Source: an uncultured Bacteroidales bacterium (lineage in GTDB: Bacteria; Bacteroidota; Bacteroidia; Bacteroidales; Paludibacteraceae). Taken from it: 64,000 nucleotides of DNA. Below, in pieces: positions 20,608 through 31,578 of this stretch. The position numbers and the translations under genes are program-made. A model generated the notes under the pieces. The model was not told the DNA's origin and ran no database searches. It saw nothing but the letters and a program-made list of their open reading frames with translations. The stretch is taken from the NCBI GenBank assembly GCA_902783545.1, contig CACZRD010000054.1:2171-66170 (forward strand), read 5' to 3'. Every line of letters starts with the position of its first letter. Positions within the stretch are counted from its first letter, which is position 1.

Positions 20608-22041
20608 TTAGAACAGATATTGTACCAAACTATTCATATAAACTTCCAGATTGGTATAATTCTTATCGAGCGTATAAGAACCACCATCTTTAGAAGATGT
20701 CTTATCAAGGCCGTTCGCATCTTCCCATACGTCAGGCATGCCGTCCCGATCGGTATCAGTAAGTGCTTCACCTGCGGCCAGATCCGGATATCCACCCACA
20801 TCTGTCGGTGAGTCAATCAATCCTTTGGTCGAACCATTTGAACCGGTGTAGGTGTATGTCCCCTTACGCACCTCATCAGCAATACGCGCATCAATGATGT
20901 CGCGATGGAGCGAACAACCGGCTTTCGCCAGCACGGTCTCACATGCTTGTTCAGCAGTTTGCTCGCTTGTGAGCATAGTCAGTCCCTCTGTCCAGCGGGC
21001 AGAGGCTTTGACGTTAGTTCCCTGTTGAGTTGAGCCTTTCCAATTGTCAGCCGTGACATTGGGATCATTGAACATAAAGTTTCCGTCCAACCAGAACTTA
21101 CCGGGAATCAGGCTATGTCCATCAGAGCAGAAAGAACAGCTGACGGTCGGATCAACCAGACGATTCTTCTTACTTGTTGCGGGGCCATACTTGTAATAGT
21201 TATTGACCATATTAATCTTTCGAACCTGATCGTAACCTTCACCGCCGTAAGTAGAATTGCCGCCCCAGTTATAGACCACATTGTTGACATAGTCCACCGG
21301 ACCAAAGCAGCGATTGTTTACGTACGAATGGTCAAAACGGGGATTTCGGCTGTCGTGGTGAGCGAGCAGATTATGATGGAAGGATGCGTTCGTACCTCCC
21401 CATATACCTCCGTAGCCATGATTTCCCTTAACGTGAACGGATTTACGCAAACTTTCGGTAATGAAGCAATACTGCAATGTGAAATCGGTGTTGCCATAAC
21501 AACTTACGCACTCATCCGTGCTCCAGGAGAACGAACAGTGATCAATGATGATATTCTGGTTATCATTAATGGACAACGCATCGCCTTCCACATTATTTTG
21601 ATCCCCCATACGGAAACGCAAGAAACGAATAATCACATTGCTCGCCTTTACCACGACCGGGTAACCGGCAATACAAATACCGTCACCGGGTGCAGTCTGA
21701 CCGGCTATGGTCACATTTCCGCTCGCGATTTCCAATTGCTTGGTCAAATGAATCGTACCCGCCACATCGAATACTATCGTACGCGTACCATCCGTCTGAA
21801 TTGCTTTGCGCAAAGTTCCGATAAGCGGTTGACCTGTATTCGGATCTTTTGCATCTTCCAATGTCGTCACATGCATCACCACACCGCCACGGCCTCCCGT
21901 AGCGTATTTACCTCCTCCATCCGCGCCGGGAAATGCCGGCACGGATGAAGTGGGTGTGGGGTTCGGTTCCTCACCTTTGCAAGCGCAAAGGCACAAGGTC
22001 AAACCGACAAGTAATATGCTTGATTTAATATTCATAATCAT
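20608..22041 (-). CDS. PL1 pectate lyase (lipoprotein) with an Asp-rich calcium-binding-type C-terminal repeat
   Basis: 477 aa with a lipobox (LCLCACKG), N-terminal GGGKYATGGRGGVVMHVTTLED, IIIDHCSFSWSTDE, SRNPRF, and a C-terminal DTDRDGMPDVWEDANGLD. Confidence 0.8.
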   Translation of the reverse strand: MIMNIKSSILLVGLTLCLCACKGEEPNPTPTSSVPAFPGADGGGKYATGGRGGVVMHVTTLEDAKDPNTGQPLIGTLRKAIQTDGTRTIVFDVAGTIHLTKQLEIASGNVTIAGQTAPGDGICIAGYPVVVKASNVIIRFLRFRMGDQNNVEGDALSINDNQNIIIDHCSFSWSTDECVSCYGNTDFTLQYCFITESLRKSVHVKGNHGYGGIWGGTNASFHHNLLAHHDSRNPRFDHSYVNNRCFGPVDYVNNVVYNWGGNSTYGGEGYDQVRKINMVNNYYKYGPATSKKNRLVDPTVSCSFCSDGHSLIPGKFWLDGNFMFNDPNVTADNWKGSTQQGTNVKASARWTEGLTMLTSEQTAEQACETVLAKAGCSLHRDIIDARIADEVRKGTYTYTGSNGSTKGLIDSPTDVGGYPDLAAGEALTDTDRDGMPDVWEDANGLDKTSSKDGGSYTLDKNYTNLEVYMNSLVQYLF

Positions 22042-23965
22042 TCCAAAGAGTACCGTTTGAAGAAGCGATGTTTACATCAAAAATCGGCCAATACTGATGC
22101 ATGTCAATATGTGCACCCGGAACATACAGATACCAATTTTCTGTATTGATGACCGGGTCATCGTCCTTCGTAAAGAATGATTTAGCTACCCATCCGTTTG
22201 CCTTATCATACTCAGCCGGACGTTCAGCATCCAAATCGATTCCCACAAAGCGATCAAATACAAACGCTGCTCCTATCTGCGAATAATTGTCATTACGGGT
22301 ATAATGGAAATAAACCGAATCCGGACGGCCGGCATAAGCCCCTACTCCCTTCTGCAAGTCATACACATCTGATTGCGCTTTCTCCAAACGCTCCTTCAGT
22401 AATCCCCAACGCATCAAGTCATACTTACGGATGTTCTCTCCGCAGAACTCAAATGCGCGCTCGTCAACAATAGCATTGAAACTCAGCGGTTTGGAAGCCA
22501 AGCCTGCGCGCTCGCGAACTTTATCAAAGCACTCCTGCGCGCTTATTCCATACAACTCACTCGGAGCATTACCTTCTTTGGAACCAATTGCCGCTTCTGC
22601 GAACATCAGCAGAATATCTGCATAACGAAGTACCGGCATATCAATGCAGTCCTCGTTAGATGCATAACTGCGTTCCATCCACTCTACACGCAGTTTGCCC
22701 AAATACATTTGACTTGCGTTGGATTGCTTCTGATAGAGTTTCTTATCCGCTGCATCCACACCGGGGAAGACGACGTCAGTATAAGACGAAGCCATACCAT
22801 CACCATTGTCATACTCCCATGTCCAAGGCAGAATAGTTATGTCGCGACGTTTATCCGCTTTGTCATATGCGTAGTAGAAAGTCGGCACTATCTCTATCAT
22901 CGCCTGCGTTTTTGCGTTGTTATTGTTTCCTGAGCCATACGAGATTGTATTGATCAGCGCACCTGGACAGTTACTGGACATCTTATTGCCCGTCAAGGCC
23001 AACACTTGTCCGCGTGCTCCATCCAAGAACGGCAGTGCCCAAATCCATTCCGATTTGGAGTAGTCGGTAACATCCTTACACAAATCTTTGAACACATCTG
23101 CGAAATCATCTTTGAACTTGAAGCTCTCTTGTTTGATGATTTGTGCACATGCCCAAACGGCCTCTTGATATAATTCCCTACGAACATCCGCGTCTTTAAC
23201 ATTATACTGAACTGAACATGCGCGCGTTCCACCTACGGTGAACACATCCGGACGCATGGCCAGACCGGCATACATCAGATCCATTCGCGCCAACAAGCCC
23301 AATGCTAAGGCTTTACTCGGACGACCTGTATAATTAGCCGCATTACCCGGGCATTGAGCCGACCAAGGTAGCAAATTCGCCGCATCTTTGAGGTCAATAC
23401 GCAATTGGTTATACACCACATTACGGTCTTGCTTGGCGGTATAGAGTACATCCGGGTTATAGCCGTTAAAGGACTCGAAACTGGCCGGCACATCTCCCCA
23501 TAACTTCACCATCTCCAGATAACAGAATGCACGCAGTGTCAAGGCTTCACCTAACAGGTACCGGAACGTCTGATCCGTTGTATCCGAATGCTGGCGAATA
23601 CCATCAATCACTACATTTGCCCGTTCGATTGCCGAGTTGAGATAAGCCCACGGATCCTTACCATTCGATGTAGATAAGTTACCCGTTCCACCGGTCATGT
23701 TATAGGCTGCATACTCTGCATCTTCCGTTTTAGAGCAATGCTCAATATCGGTGTTCATCGCCACATAACCACCGCAAAGACGGTTACGAAACGACTTATC
23801 CTCTCCGAATGTATTATAGATAGCTCCGATAGCTTGCGCCGTGAGGTCGGTTGACTTGAAGACTGCTTCGTCCATTGCCGAAGGAGATTCTGTTTCAAAG
23901 AAATTCGGCTCACAAGCAATCAATGTAAGTGCAAGTGCACCTAAAATCAAATATTTTGCCTTCAT
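22025..23965 (-). CDS. SusD/RagB-family nutrient-binding outer-membrane lipoprotein
   Basis: 646 aa with a lipobox (LTLIACEP) and a TPR-like SusD sequence. It lies immediately downstream of a SusC-like gene. Confidence 0.88.
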   Translation of the reverse strand: MKAKYLILGALALTLIACEPNFFETESPSAMDEAVFKSTDLTAQAIGAIYNTFGEDKSFRNRLCGGYVAMNTDIEHCSKTEDAEYAAYNMTGGTGNLSTSNGKDPWAYLNSAIERANVVIDGIRQHSDTTDQTFRYLLGEALTLRAFCYLEMVKLWGDVPASFESFNGYNPDVLYTAKQDRNVVYNQLRIDLKDAANLLPWSAQCPGNAANYTGRPSKALALGLLARMDLMYAGLAMRPDVFTVGGTRACSVQYNVKDADVRRELYQEAVWACAQIIKQESFKFKDDFADVFKDLCKDVTDYSKSEWIWALPFLDGARGQVLALTGNKMSSNCPGALINTISYGSGNNNNAKTQAMIEIVPTFYYAYDKADKRRDITILPWTWEYDNGDGMASSYTDVVFPGVDAADKKLYQKQSNASQMYLGKLRVEWMERSYASNEDCIDMPVLRYADILLMFAEAAIGSKEGNAPSELYGISAQECFDKVRERAGLASKPLSFNAIVDERAFEFCGENIRKYDLMRWGLLKERLEKAQSDVYDLQKGVGAYAGRPDSVYFHYTRNDNYSQIGAAFVFDRFVGIDLDAERPAEYDKANGWVAKSFFTKDDDPVINTENWYLYVPGAHIDMHQYWPIFDVNIASSNGTLWNDYEY

Positions 23966-23986
23966 AACTCTAATTATTTACGGTTG

Positions 23987-26900
23987 TTAAAATTGAATAT
24001 TTAAACCTACATTGACTCCGCGACTCTTGGGATAAGCAGAGAAATCAACACCCGGTGTCAGCGGATTCTTGCTCGAACGGGTATCTACCTCCGGATCCAA
24101 ACCGCTATACTTCGTTGCGCAGAATAAATTCGTACCCTGAACGTATACGCGGATATTGCTAATCACTTTTGTCTTCTCCATCCAAACCTTCGGCAATGAA
24201 TAACCGAGTGTCAACTGATTCAAACGCAAGAACGAACCATCTTCCATATGTTGATCCGTAACCACGTAATGCGACATAATAGGACTATATGTATTCGCGC
24301 CCTTATCAGCATTAGCTTGATCCAACTGTTGTGCAAAAGCAGAATATGCGTCACCGAACATCAGAGCTGAAGTAGCATATATGTCCGGTAAATACGATCC
24401 ATTAGCATTATACAGCGAATAACGGTTATTAAATGCCATGGTTGAAATCAAGTTACGCATCTTCGTTTTCTCCGTTACCGTCGTATATTCCATCTTCGAG
24501 AGATTCAGGATCTTGTTGCCGAACGCAAATGTGAAATTCGCAGCTAAATCAAACTTACCCCATTTATCTCCCCCGATATTGAAATTCAGATTGAAACCAC
24601 CCGAATGCGTCGGAACGGTATTTCCTAATACCACTTTGTCTTTTTCATCAATCACCCCGTCTCCGTTTTGGTCTTTAAACTTAATGGAACCCGGAACCGG
24701 GCTGTTCGTTAAGAATCCGTCTCCGTAATTCGGCACACCATCTGCTAAGCCCCAAGTATGCGTACTGGGTACATAACTTTGGAAGTCCGCAGCCGTATAG
24801 TAACCGTCCGTCTCGTAACCGATCACATTACCTACCGGTTGCCCGACTTCTAACAGGAACTCTGCTGTTGTCAGATATTCCGATGAGCCAAAGCAACTCG
24901 TCTGCGCTAACATCGAGGACATGTTACCTAAATCCTCAACACGCGTCCTATTGAAAGAGATATTGGCATCAACGCTTAAGTTATAACTCAAGTTCTTCGA
25001 CTTTCTATCCAGGATTATACCCTTTATAGAGAACTCCATACCCATATTGCGCGTAGAACCGATATTCTGGTATTGGAAATTATAACGTGCCGGCATATTC
25101 TGACGAATGATTAGGTCCTTCGTTGTATTCCAATACAGATCGATTGTTCCGGTCAAACGCTCGTTAAAGAAACCATAATCAATACCGAAGTCACGCGTGA
25201 TTGTCGTTTCCCATTTCAAGTTCGGGTTAGAAGCAATTTTATCGCTTCCACCTACTACCAATATATTACTCGTACCTTGTCCCATGTCAAAATACGTCAT
25301 CGATTGCGACAGGAAATCAGGGTGTAAGTATCCTAAATCTACGTTGTTGTTACCGGCCATACCTAACGACAAGCGGAATTTGAGGTTGCTCAACCAAGAA
25401 GAAGCGTCTTGCATAAACTCCTCATCCGACATACGCCAAGCAACAGCTGCCGAGGGGAAATACCCCCACTGGTTTCCTTTCGCGAAACGAGTAGAGCAGT
25501 CCGCACGGAAAGTGCCGGTAATATAATAACGTCCCTTGTAATCATAGTTAGCCCTGGCAAGGAACGAAAGTTGGTTATCACGCGGATACACATAATTCTC
25601 AAACTCACTGTAAGCAGCCTGGCCTAAGTAATTGAAGATCTCGCCATTAAGAACATCGTAACTGCCTTTATAACCAAAGCCATTCTCCAATCGGTTTTCG
25701 CCTTTACGTATCACGGTCTCCTCTCCGACCAGCACACTCACATTGTGTTTTGAGTCGAATGTTTGTTTCCACTCCAAGGTGTTATGGTTGGTTAATGTGG
25801 ACGTATATTCGTCTTTCACCTGAATCTGCGCCGTTCCCCCATCAATACCCGGACGTCCGGTATTACGTGCATAATAAGTGGTCGGACCATAATAGCGATC
25901 GGTGCGTATATGACGATTCTCATATCCTATATCCACGCGAGCCGTGAAATGTTTGGCGAACTTGTAACTCACGTATCCTTGGATATTCCATTTCTTATCG
26001 GTCTTCAATTTGTAGTTGTCACGAATCGTCGTGATCGGATCATACAGCGAGCCAAACGTTTCATCTTCTTCTCCTCCTGTTCCGTCATCTTTTGCCAAAA
26101 GCGTTGTCGGAGTATATACCACGCAGTTACGCAAACGCGATTCCGTAGCGGTACCGTTATCCTTCACTGCATTCGATCCCGAACCTAACACCTCGGTAGA
26201 CGTATAGCGGGTCGTGAAACCTACCGTGAAATCCTTAAACGGTTTGAACTTTGCTTTCGCAGAAACATTATTACGTGTGTAGTTTGATTGCTCCATGATT
26301 GCCTTGTCATCCACACGGTTGTAGGAAAGAGTGAAGTTCGCATTCCTATTGCCGCCACTCATACTAACCGATTGATTCGAGTTAAAACCGGTACGACCGA
26401 ACGTGCGGTCTTGCCAATCAATGAACTCGTGCAACGAAGCATCTTCATATTCTGCTAACAGTGTACTGATTGGAGTCGTCTTAACCTCAGATGGAGTTTT
26501 ATACTTTGTGTCATTGTATAATTTATCGAAATAAGCGTAGAACTGGCCACGCAAATCCGAATTAGCCGGATCGATTGTTTTATACTTCATTGAAGCCCAC
26601 TCGTATTGCATCAATGCAAAATCACGCGGATCCATCACCTCGTATTTCTTCGCAATCTTCTTCCAGCCGATATACCCCGTATAGTCAACATGGAAAACCA
26701 TCTTATCGTCATTCGAATCGGAATCTTTGGTGGTAATGATAATAACGCCATTAGCACCTTGCGCACCGTAAATAGCCGTAGCCGCGGCATCCTTCAAGAC
26801 ATCCATCGATGCGATATCACTCGGAGCAATATCAGAGATCGAACTCACCGGCATACCATCCACAATGTACAACGGGTCATTGCTCTGGGTCAACGATGTA

Positions 26901-27391
26901 CCACCACGCACGCGGACTTTGATATCTGCATCGGGAGCACCCTCCGTCGTCGTAACGGTCACACCCGCCAATTTTCCTTGCAAAGCCTCGCTGGCTGATG
27001 CAACCGGCACATCTTTTAATTGGTCGGCACCCACTGAAGCGACCGAGGTGACCACATCACGTTTCTTGGTCGTGCCATAGCCGGTGACAACCACTTCTTC
27101 CAGCACTTGGTTGTCCTCCTTGAGAACAACGGAGAGGGTTTCACCTGTAACCGGAAGTTCTTGAGTGACCATTCCTAAATACGAGAATACCAAAGTCGCA
27201 TTCTCCGGCACATCAAGTGAATAGTTTCCGTCAAAATCGGTGATTGTGCCGGCCGTTGTGCCTTGAACCACCACGTTTGCACCGATGATTGGTTCGCCGT
27301 TCGAGTCTGTGACTTGACCTGTCACCACCTTGGCTTGCACCATCATCGGCAGTAACACTACGGCTAAAATGTAAAATAATCGTTTCATCAT
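23987..27391 (-). CDS. SusC/RagA-family TonB-dependent outer-membrane transporter
   Basis: 1134 aa. It has a carboxypeptidase-regulatory-like N-domain (VTGQVTDSNGEPIIGANVVVQGT), a plug, a beta-barrel and a terminal aromatic residue (...GLNIQF). Confidence 0.9.
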   Translation of the reverse strand: MMKRLFYILAVVLLPMMVQAKVVTGQVTDSNGEPIIGANVVVQGTTAGTITDFDGNYSLDVPENATLVFSYLGMVTQELPVTGETLSVVLKEDNQVLEEVVVTGYGTTKKRDVVTSVASVGADQLKDVPVASASEALQGKLAGVTVTTTEGAPDADIKVRVRGGTSLTQSNDPLYIVDGMPVSSISDIAPSDIASMDVLKDAAATAIYGAQGANGVIIITTKDSDSNDDKMVFHVDYTGYIGWKKIAKKYEVMDPRDFALMQYEWASMKYKTIDPANSDLRGQFYAYFDKLYNDTKYKTPSEVKTTPISTLLAEYEDASLHEFIDWQDRTFGRTGFNSNQSVSMSGGNRNANFTLSYNRVDDKAIMEQSNYTRNNVSAKAKFKPFKDFTVGFTTRYTSTEVLGSGSNAVKDNGTATESRLRNCVVYTPTTLLAKDDGTGGEEDETFGSLYDPITTIRDNYKLKTDKKWNIQGYVSYKFAKHFTARVDIGYENRHIRTDRYYGPTTYYARNTGRPGIDGGTAQIQVKDEYTSTLTNHNTLEWKQTFDSKHNVSVLVGEETVIRKGENRLENGFGYKGSYDVLNGEIFNYLGQAAYSEFENYVYPRDNQLSFLARANYDYKGRYYITGTFRADCSTRFAKGNQWGYFPSAAVAWRMSDEEFMQDASSWLSNLKFRLSLGMAGNNNVDLGYLHPDFLSQSMTYFDMGQGTSNILVVGGSDKIASNPNLKWETTITRDFGIDYGFFNERLTGTIDLYWNTTKDLIIRQNMPARYNFQYQNIGSTRNMGMEFSIKGIILDRKSKNLSYNLSVDANISFNRTRVEDLGNMSSMLAQTSCFGSSEYLTTAEFLLEVGQPVGNVIGYETDGYYTAADFQSYVPSTHTWGLADGVPNYGDGFLTNSPVPGSIKFKDQNGDGVIDEKDKVVLGNTVPTHSGGFNLNFNIGGDKWGKFDLAANFTFAFGNKILNLSKMEYTTVTEKTKMRNLISTMAFNNRYSLYNANGSYLPDIYATSALMFGDAYSAFAQQLDQANADKGANTYSPIMSHYVVTDQHMEDGSFLRLNQLTLGYSLPKVWMEKTKVISNIRVYVQGTNLFCATKYSGLDPEVDTRSSKNPLTPGVDFSAYPKSRGVNVGLNIQF

Positions 27392-27406
27392 GATATATTT
27401 AAAAAA

Positions 27407-28567
27407 TTATTGTTTGCTTAATTCGATACACGCAAGTATGAGCGGGGCGACACCTTTCGGGTCGTTGTCGCATATACGCTCATGAATGTAATAGTCGAAC
27501 GAGCCATCGCGGAAAGGGTTACCACCTAATCCGGCTACAGCACAGCAGTCAATGAGTGACAAGGTACCGTCATCGTTCATCAGCAACTTATTGGACTTGA
27601 GTCCTTCAATCACCCGTTTTGCCTCATCACGGTAGGTGTCAGGCAGCACTCCTATGTTCACGCCTTTGGCCATCGCGTATGCGTACATGGCGGAACATGT
27701 TGACTCAAGGTAGTTACCTTCTTGTTCGCCTTTGTCCGGCACTTGATACCAGAGGTGCGTGTCTTGATCTTGCACGGTGAGCAGTGCTTCCATGACGCGA
27801 CTGAGTATAGCGATGAGTTCTCCCCTATCTGGTTGGTCTGCGGGCATCAACTCCAGCACATCACACAGCGCCATCACGTACCAGCCTTCCGCTCGTCCCC
27901 AAGTCTCAGCACTACAACCGGTCAGCGAGTCTGCCCAAGCCATCTGGCGGCTCTCGTCCCAGCCGTGGTGATTCAGCCCGTTGGCTTTGCGCGTATGCTG
28001 GTCCACTACGACGAACTGGTTGGCTATGTCGCTCCACGCCTCGGGTTCGGGTTTCCACCCCGCATAGCGGGCATAGAACGTTGTGCCGGTGAACAATCCA
28101 TCCAACCACATCTGGTGCTCATACACCTGCTTGTGCCAGAATCCGCCCTCCTCTGTACGCGGTTGCTCACGCAACTGGTCACGCAGCGTCTCAATGGCAA
28201 TGGCATATTGCGGCTGCGGGTTAATAGCATTGAGCAGGATCAGGAAATTACCTCCTTGAATACGATCCATGTTATACAGGCTCTTCTTGTAGGTCAAGAT
28301 CGTTCCGTCCTCCCCGATGAACTGATCCGCAAAACGCTGTGCTTGAGTTAAATAGGTTGTATCGCCCGTTGCTGTGTATAGCTCCAAGAAAGCCCGAGCC
28401 ATCAGTGTAGGCGTATATTCCCATTTGGGTTTTTGCGCTCCGTCACATGTCCACAACTCGGGATGATGCTTCATCTCGGATTGCGCCACTTGCTCAGCGA
28501 GTTGGAGATATGCGTTAGACGTACAAGCCGACAACACGACAGTTGCTATTAGCACGAACTTATTCAT
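27407..28567 (-). CDS. GH105 unsaturated rhamnogalacturonyl hydrolase (GH88/GH105 fold)
   Basis: YteR-like sequence (QMWLDGLF, GWDESRQMAWAD, WGRAEGW). I trimmed the start to MNKFVLIATVVLSAC (ATG 28567), which removes the overlap with uxaA. Confidence 0.8.
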   Translation of the reverse strand: MNKFVLIATVVLSACTSNAYLQLAEQVAQSEMKHHPELWTCDGAQKPKWEYTPTLMARAFLELYTATGDTTYLTQAQRFADQFIGEDGTILTYKKSLYNMDRIQGGNFLILLNAINPQPQYAIAIETLRDQLREQPRTEEGGFWHKQVYEHQMWLDGLFTGTTFYARYAGWKPEPEAWSDIANQFVVVDQHTRKANGLNHHGWDESRQMAWADSLTGCSAETWGRAEGWYVMALCDVLELMPADQPDRGELIAILSRVMEALLTVQDQDTHLWYQVPDKGEQEGNYLESTCSAMYAYAMAKGVNIGVLPDTYRDEAKRVIEGLKSNKLLMNDDGTLSLIDCCAVAGLGGNPFRDGSFDYYIHERICDNDPKGVAPLILACIELSKQ

Positions 28568-28577
28568 TCCCAGATTC

Positions 28578-30059
28578 TTACAGCGTAACACCATTCTTGA
28601 ATATGGCTATCTCATGGTAGCCGTTCTTCTCGTTATTCGTCTTCTCACCGTTAGCCACCGCTATGACATAGTCAGCAAAACGTCGTGCAACCTGATCCAT
28701 CGGTTCGCCTTCCGCTATAACACCGGCATTGAAGTCAATCCAGTTCGGCTTGTTCTTTGCCAAGTTCGAATTGGTGGATACTTTCATTGTCGGGACATAG
28801 GTGCCAAACGGCGTGCCTCGACCGGTGGTGAACAGCACCATATGGCAACCTGAGGAAGCCAATGCCGTGGAGGCTACAAGGTCGTTTCCGGGTGCAGACA
28901 ACAGATTCAGTCCCTTGACTTGCAAGCGCTCGCCGTAAGCCATCACGCCGCGTACGAGGGATGTGCCGCACTTCTGCGTACAACCGAGGGCTTTGTCTTC
29001 AAGGGTCGATATACCTCCGGCTTTGTTACCCGGACTCGGATTCTCCCCCACAGGCTCGCCGTGACTGAGGAAATAGTCCTTGAAGTCGTTGATCAGGCTT
29101 ACCGTCTGGTCAAACAGCTCACGGTTGGCACAACGATCCATCAGAATAGTCTCCGCTCCGAACATTTCAGGCACTTCGGTCAGTACAGTCGTGCCACCTT
29201 GTGCTACGAGCCAGTCGCTTAAGCAACCGAGCAGCGGGTTAGCGGTTATACCGCTGAATCCGTCACTGCCACCGCACTTCAATCCTACTCGCAGTTCACT
29301 CAAGGACACCGGAACACGTTTGTCGTGCATCGTCTTGGTATAGAGTTCACGTAAGATCGGCATGCAGTACTCTACCTCATCGCCTTGGATCTTCTGCGTT
29401 ACGACGAACTTGACGCGCTCTTCATCTATCTCGCCGCAGAACTCACGGAATACATCCGGCTGGTTGTTCTCACAACCGAGCGAAACAACAAGGATAGCAC
29501 CTGCATTCGGGTGATGAATCATGTCACGCAGGATATTCTTGGTATTCTCGTGGTCGTCACCAAGCTGGGAACAGCCGTAGTTATGCGGGAAAGCAAAGAT
29601 ATTGTCTGCTCCGGTCTCTTGACGCAGACGCTCGGCGCATTTCTGGATGATACCATTGACACAACCTACCGTCGGGATGATCCAAACCTCATTACGGATA
29701 CCCACCTGACCGTCTTTGCGGCGGTAGCCCATGAAGGTACGTTTCTCATCGGGGATATTGAGTACAACATCCTTGGGATGATACTCATAGGAGAGCAAGC
29801 CTGCGAGGTTGGTCTTGATATTGTTCTCATTCATCCAACTGCCGGCTTTCTTTGCCTCACGAGCATGCCCGATGGGGAAACCGTACTTGATGACATTCTC
29901 GCCCTCAGCCAAGTCGCAGATGGCTATCTTATGTCCGGCAGGCACGTCTTCGAGTACGGTGATCTGCTTGCCATCCACTTCAATAACCGCACCCGCCGAT
30001 TGCGGTTGTATAGCTACAACCACATTATCGGCAGGATGGATTTTCAAGATATTCGTCAT
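28578..30059 (-). CDS. uxaA: Altronate dehydratase
   Basis: 493 aa with an SAF N-domain (IHPADNVVVA) and a UxaA-type C-domain. It is adjacent to uxaB. Confidence 0.88.
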   Translation of the reverse strand: MTNILKIHPADNVVVAIQPQSAGAVIEVDGKQITVLEDVPAGHKIAICDLAEGENVIKYGFPIGHAREAKKAGSWMNENNIKTNLAGLLSYEYHPKDVVLNIPDEKRTFMGYRRKDGQVGIRNEVWIIPTVGCVNGIIQKCAERLRQETGADNIFAFPHNYGCSQLGDDHENTKNILRDMIHHPNAGAILVVSLGCENNQPDVFREFCGEIDEERVKFVVTQKIQGDEVEYCMPILRELYTKTMHDKRVPVSLSELRVGLKCGGSDGFSGITANPLLGCLSDWLVAQGGTTVLTEVPEMFGAETILMDRCANRELFDQTVSLINDFKDYFLSHGEPVGENPSPGNKAGGISTLEDKALGCTQKCGTSLVRGVMAYGERLQVKGLNLLSAPGNDLVASTALASSGCHMVLFTTGRGTPFGTYVPTMKVSTNSNLAKNKPNWIDFNAGVIAEGEPMDQVARRFADYVIAVANGEKTNNEKNGYHEIAIFKNGVTL

Positions 30060-30060
30060 A

Positions 30061-31548
30061 TTAGAGAATCGATTTAACGGTTTCTAACATTCCCTTCTTC
30101 TCAATGTCTTCCAAGAATTTAACAACCATATCTGTCAAGCCCGGGATCTTGTTGAGATCCTGCTTGCTTTCTTTCCAGATCACGTCGGTTGCACCGAGTA
30201 CACCTTCAGCCACCTTGCGTTTGTCGCCGGTAGCCCAGAGTTGCTTGAGTAGATCCATGATCTCCTGTGCATCGTTCGGCTCAATCGGTGCGCCATCGGC
30301 ACGTACACCACCCTTGTAGTAGGTGATGATAGCAGCCAAACCGAGTACCAAGCCTTTCGGCAGTTCGCCCTTACGCTCCAGGTAAACCTTCAAGCCCGGC
30401 AGGTCACGCGTCTCGAATTTCGGGAACGAGTTCAGCATGATGCTCGTCACAGCGTGGTCAACGTACGGGTTATTGAAACGCTCCAGTACGCTCTCGCCAT
30501 AAGCCTTCAGTTCATCCTTCGGCAGATTGAGGGTTTCGAGCAACTCATCGAACATCACCTTGTTGATGTACTTACCCAGCACCTCGTGGTTGCAAGCGTC
30601 ACGAACGATGTTCACGCCGCTCAGGTACGTAACAGGACTGAGCACGGTATGCGGGCCGTTGAGCAACGTCACCTTACGCTCGTGGTAGGGTTTTTCACTT
30701 TCAGCAATGAGTACGTTCAAACCTGCCTTGTTTGCAGGGAACTCGGCTTCGAGTTCTTCTATACTCATATTCTCGGGTTTCTCAATTACCCAGAGGTGGA
30801 AGATCTCCGCTTGTACAACGAGGTTATCGTTGTAACCCACCTTCTCCTGAATAGCGGCGATATCCTTGCGTGGGAAGCCCGGTACGATGCGGTCTACCAA
30901 GGTAGCGCAAACGTAGTTATACTTCTCAAACCACTCTTTGAAGCCCGCATAGTCTGCTCCGAAATCGTCTTTCCACAGCTCGATATACTTGCGGATGCAA
31001 TCTTTCAAGTGGTGACCGTTGAGGAAGATCAGCTCGCACGGCATAAAGATCCAACCCTTTGTCGGATCACCGTTGAAGGTCTTGTAACGACGGAACAACA
31101 GTTGTACCAACTTGCCCGGGTATGCACTTGCCGGTGCGTCGGTGAACTTGCAGCTCGGATCGAAGGTGATACCTGCCTCAGTGGTGTTGGAGATCACAAA
31201 ACGAATCTCCGGCTGCTCTGCCAGCGCCATGTATGCCCAGTTCTGACTGTACGGATTGAGTGCGCGCGAGATAACGTCTATACGCTCCAGCGAGTTGACA
31301 GGCTCGCCTTTCAGACGGCCTTGCAGGTTCACATGATACAGGCAGTCCTGACCATTGAGCCACTCTACCATTCCTTTGTCAATAGGTTGAACGACTGCCA
31401 CCGAACCGTTGAAGTTCGTCTTGGCGTTCATGTTCCATATGATCCAGTCCACAAATGCGCGGAGGAAGTTACCTTCACCAAACTGGATGATTCTCTCGGG
31501 AGCAACGCTCTTAGGCGCGGTCCACTTAGTTAATGCTTTTTTTGCCAT
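30061..31548 (-). CDS. uxaB: Tagaturonate reductase (altronate oxidoreductase)
   Basis: 495 aa, mannitol-dehydrogenase-family sequence (IIQFGEGNFLRAF). It lies 1 nt from the uxaA start. Confidence 0.88.
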   Translation of the reverse strand: MAKKALTKWTAPKSVAPERIIQFGEGNFLRAFVDWIIWNMNAKTNFNGSVAVVQPIDKGMVEWLNGQDCLYHVNLQGRLKGEPVNSLERIDVISRALNPYSQNWAYMALAEQPEIRFVISNTTEAGITFDPSCKFTDAPASAYPGKLVQLLFRRYKTFNGDPTKGWIFMPCELIFLNGHHLKDCIRKYIELWKDDFGADYAGFKEWFEKYNYVCATLVDRIVPGFPRKDIAAIQEKVGYNDNLVVQAEIFHLWVIEKPENMSIEELEAEFPANKAGLNVLIAESEKPYHERKVTLLNGPHTVLSPVTYLSGVNIVRDACNHEVLGKYINKVMFDELLETLNLPKDELKAYGESVLERFNNPYVDHAVTSIMLNSFPKFETRDLPGLKVYLERKGELPKGLVLGLAAIITYYKGGVRADGAPIEPNDAQEIMDLLKQLWATGDKRKVAEGVLGATDVIWKESKQDLNKIPGLTDMVVKFLEDIEKKGMLETVKSIL

Positions 31549-31578
31549 GTTATTATTATTTATAAGGTTATACTAATT

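Noticed and set aside
20650-20790. The Asp-rich DTDRDGMPDVWEDANGLD segment of the 477-aa PL1 lyase was considered as a dockerin, which would imply a cohesin-dockerin assembly.
   Set aside because: Only a single calcium-binding-type loop is present, not the duplicated dockerin repeat. No cohesin-like module was recognised. Such thrombospondin-type-3-like ends are, as far as I know, common in Bacteroidetes PL1 enzymes.
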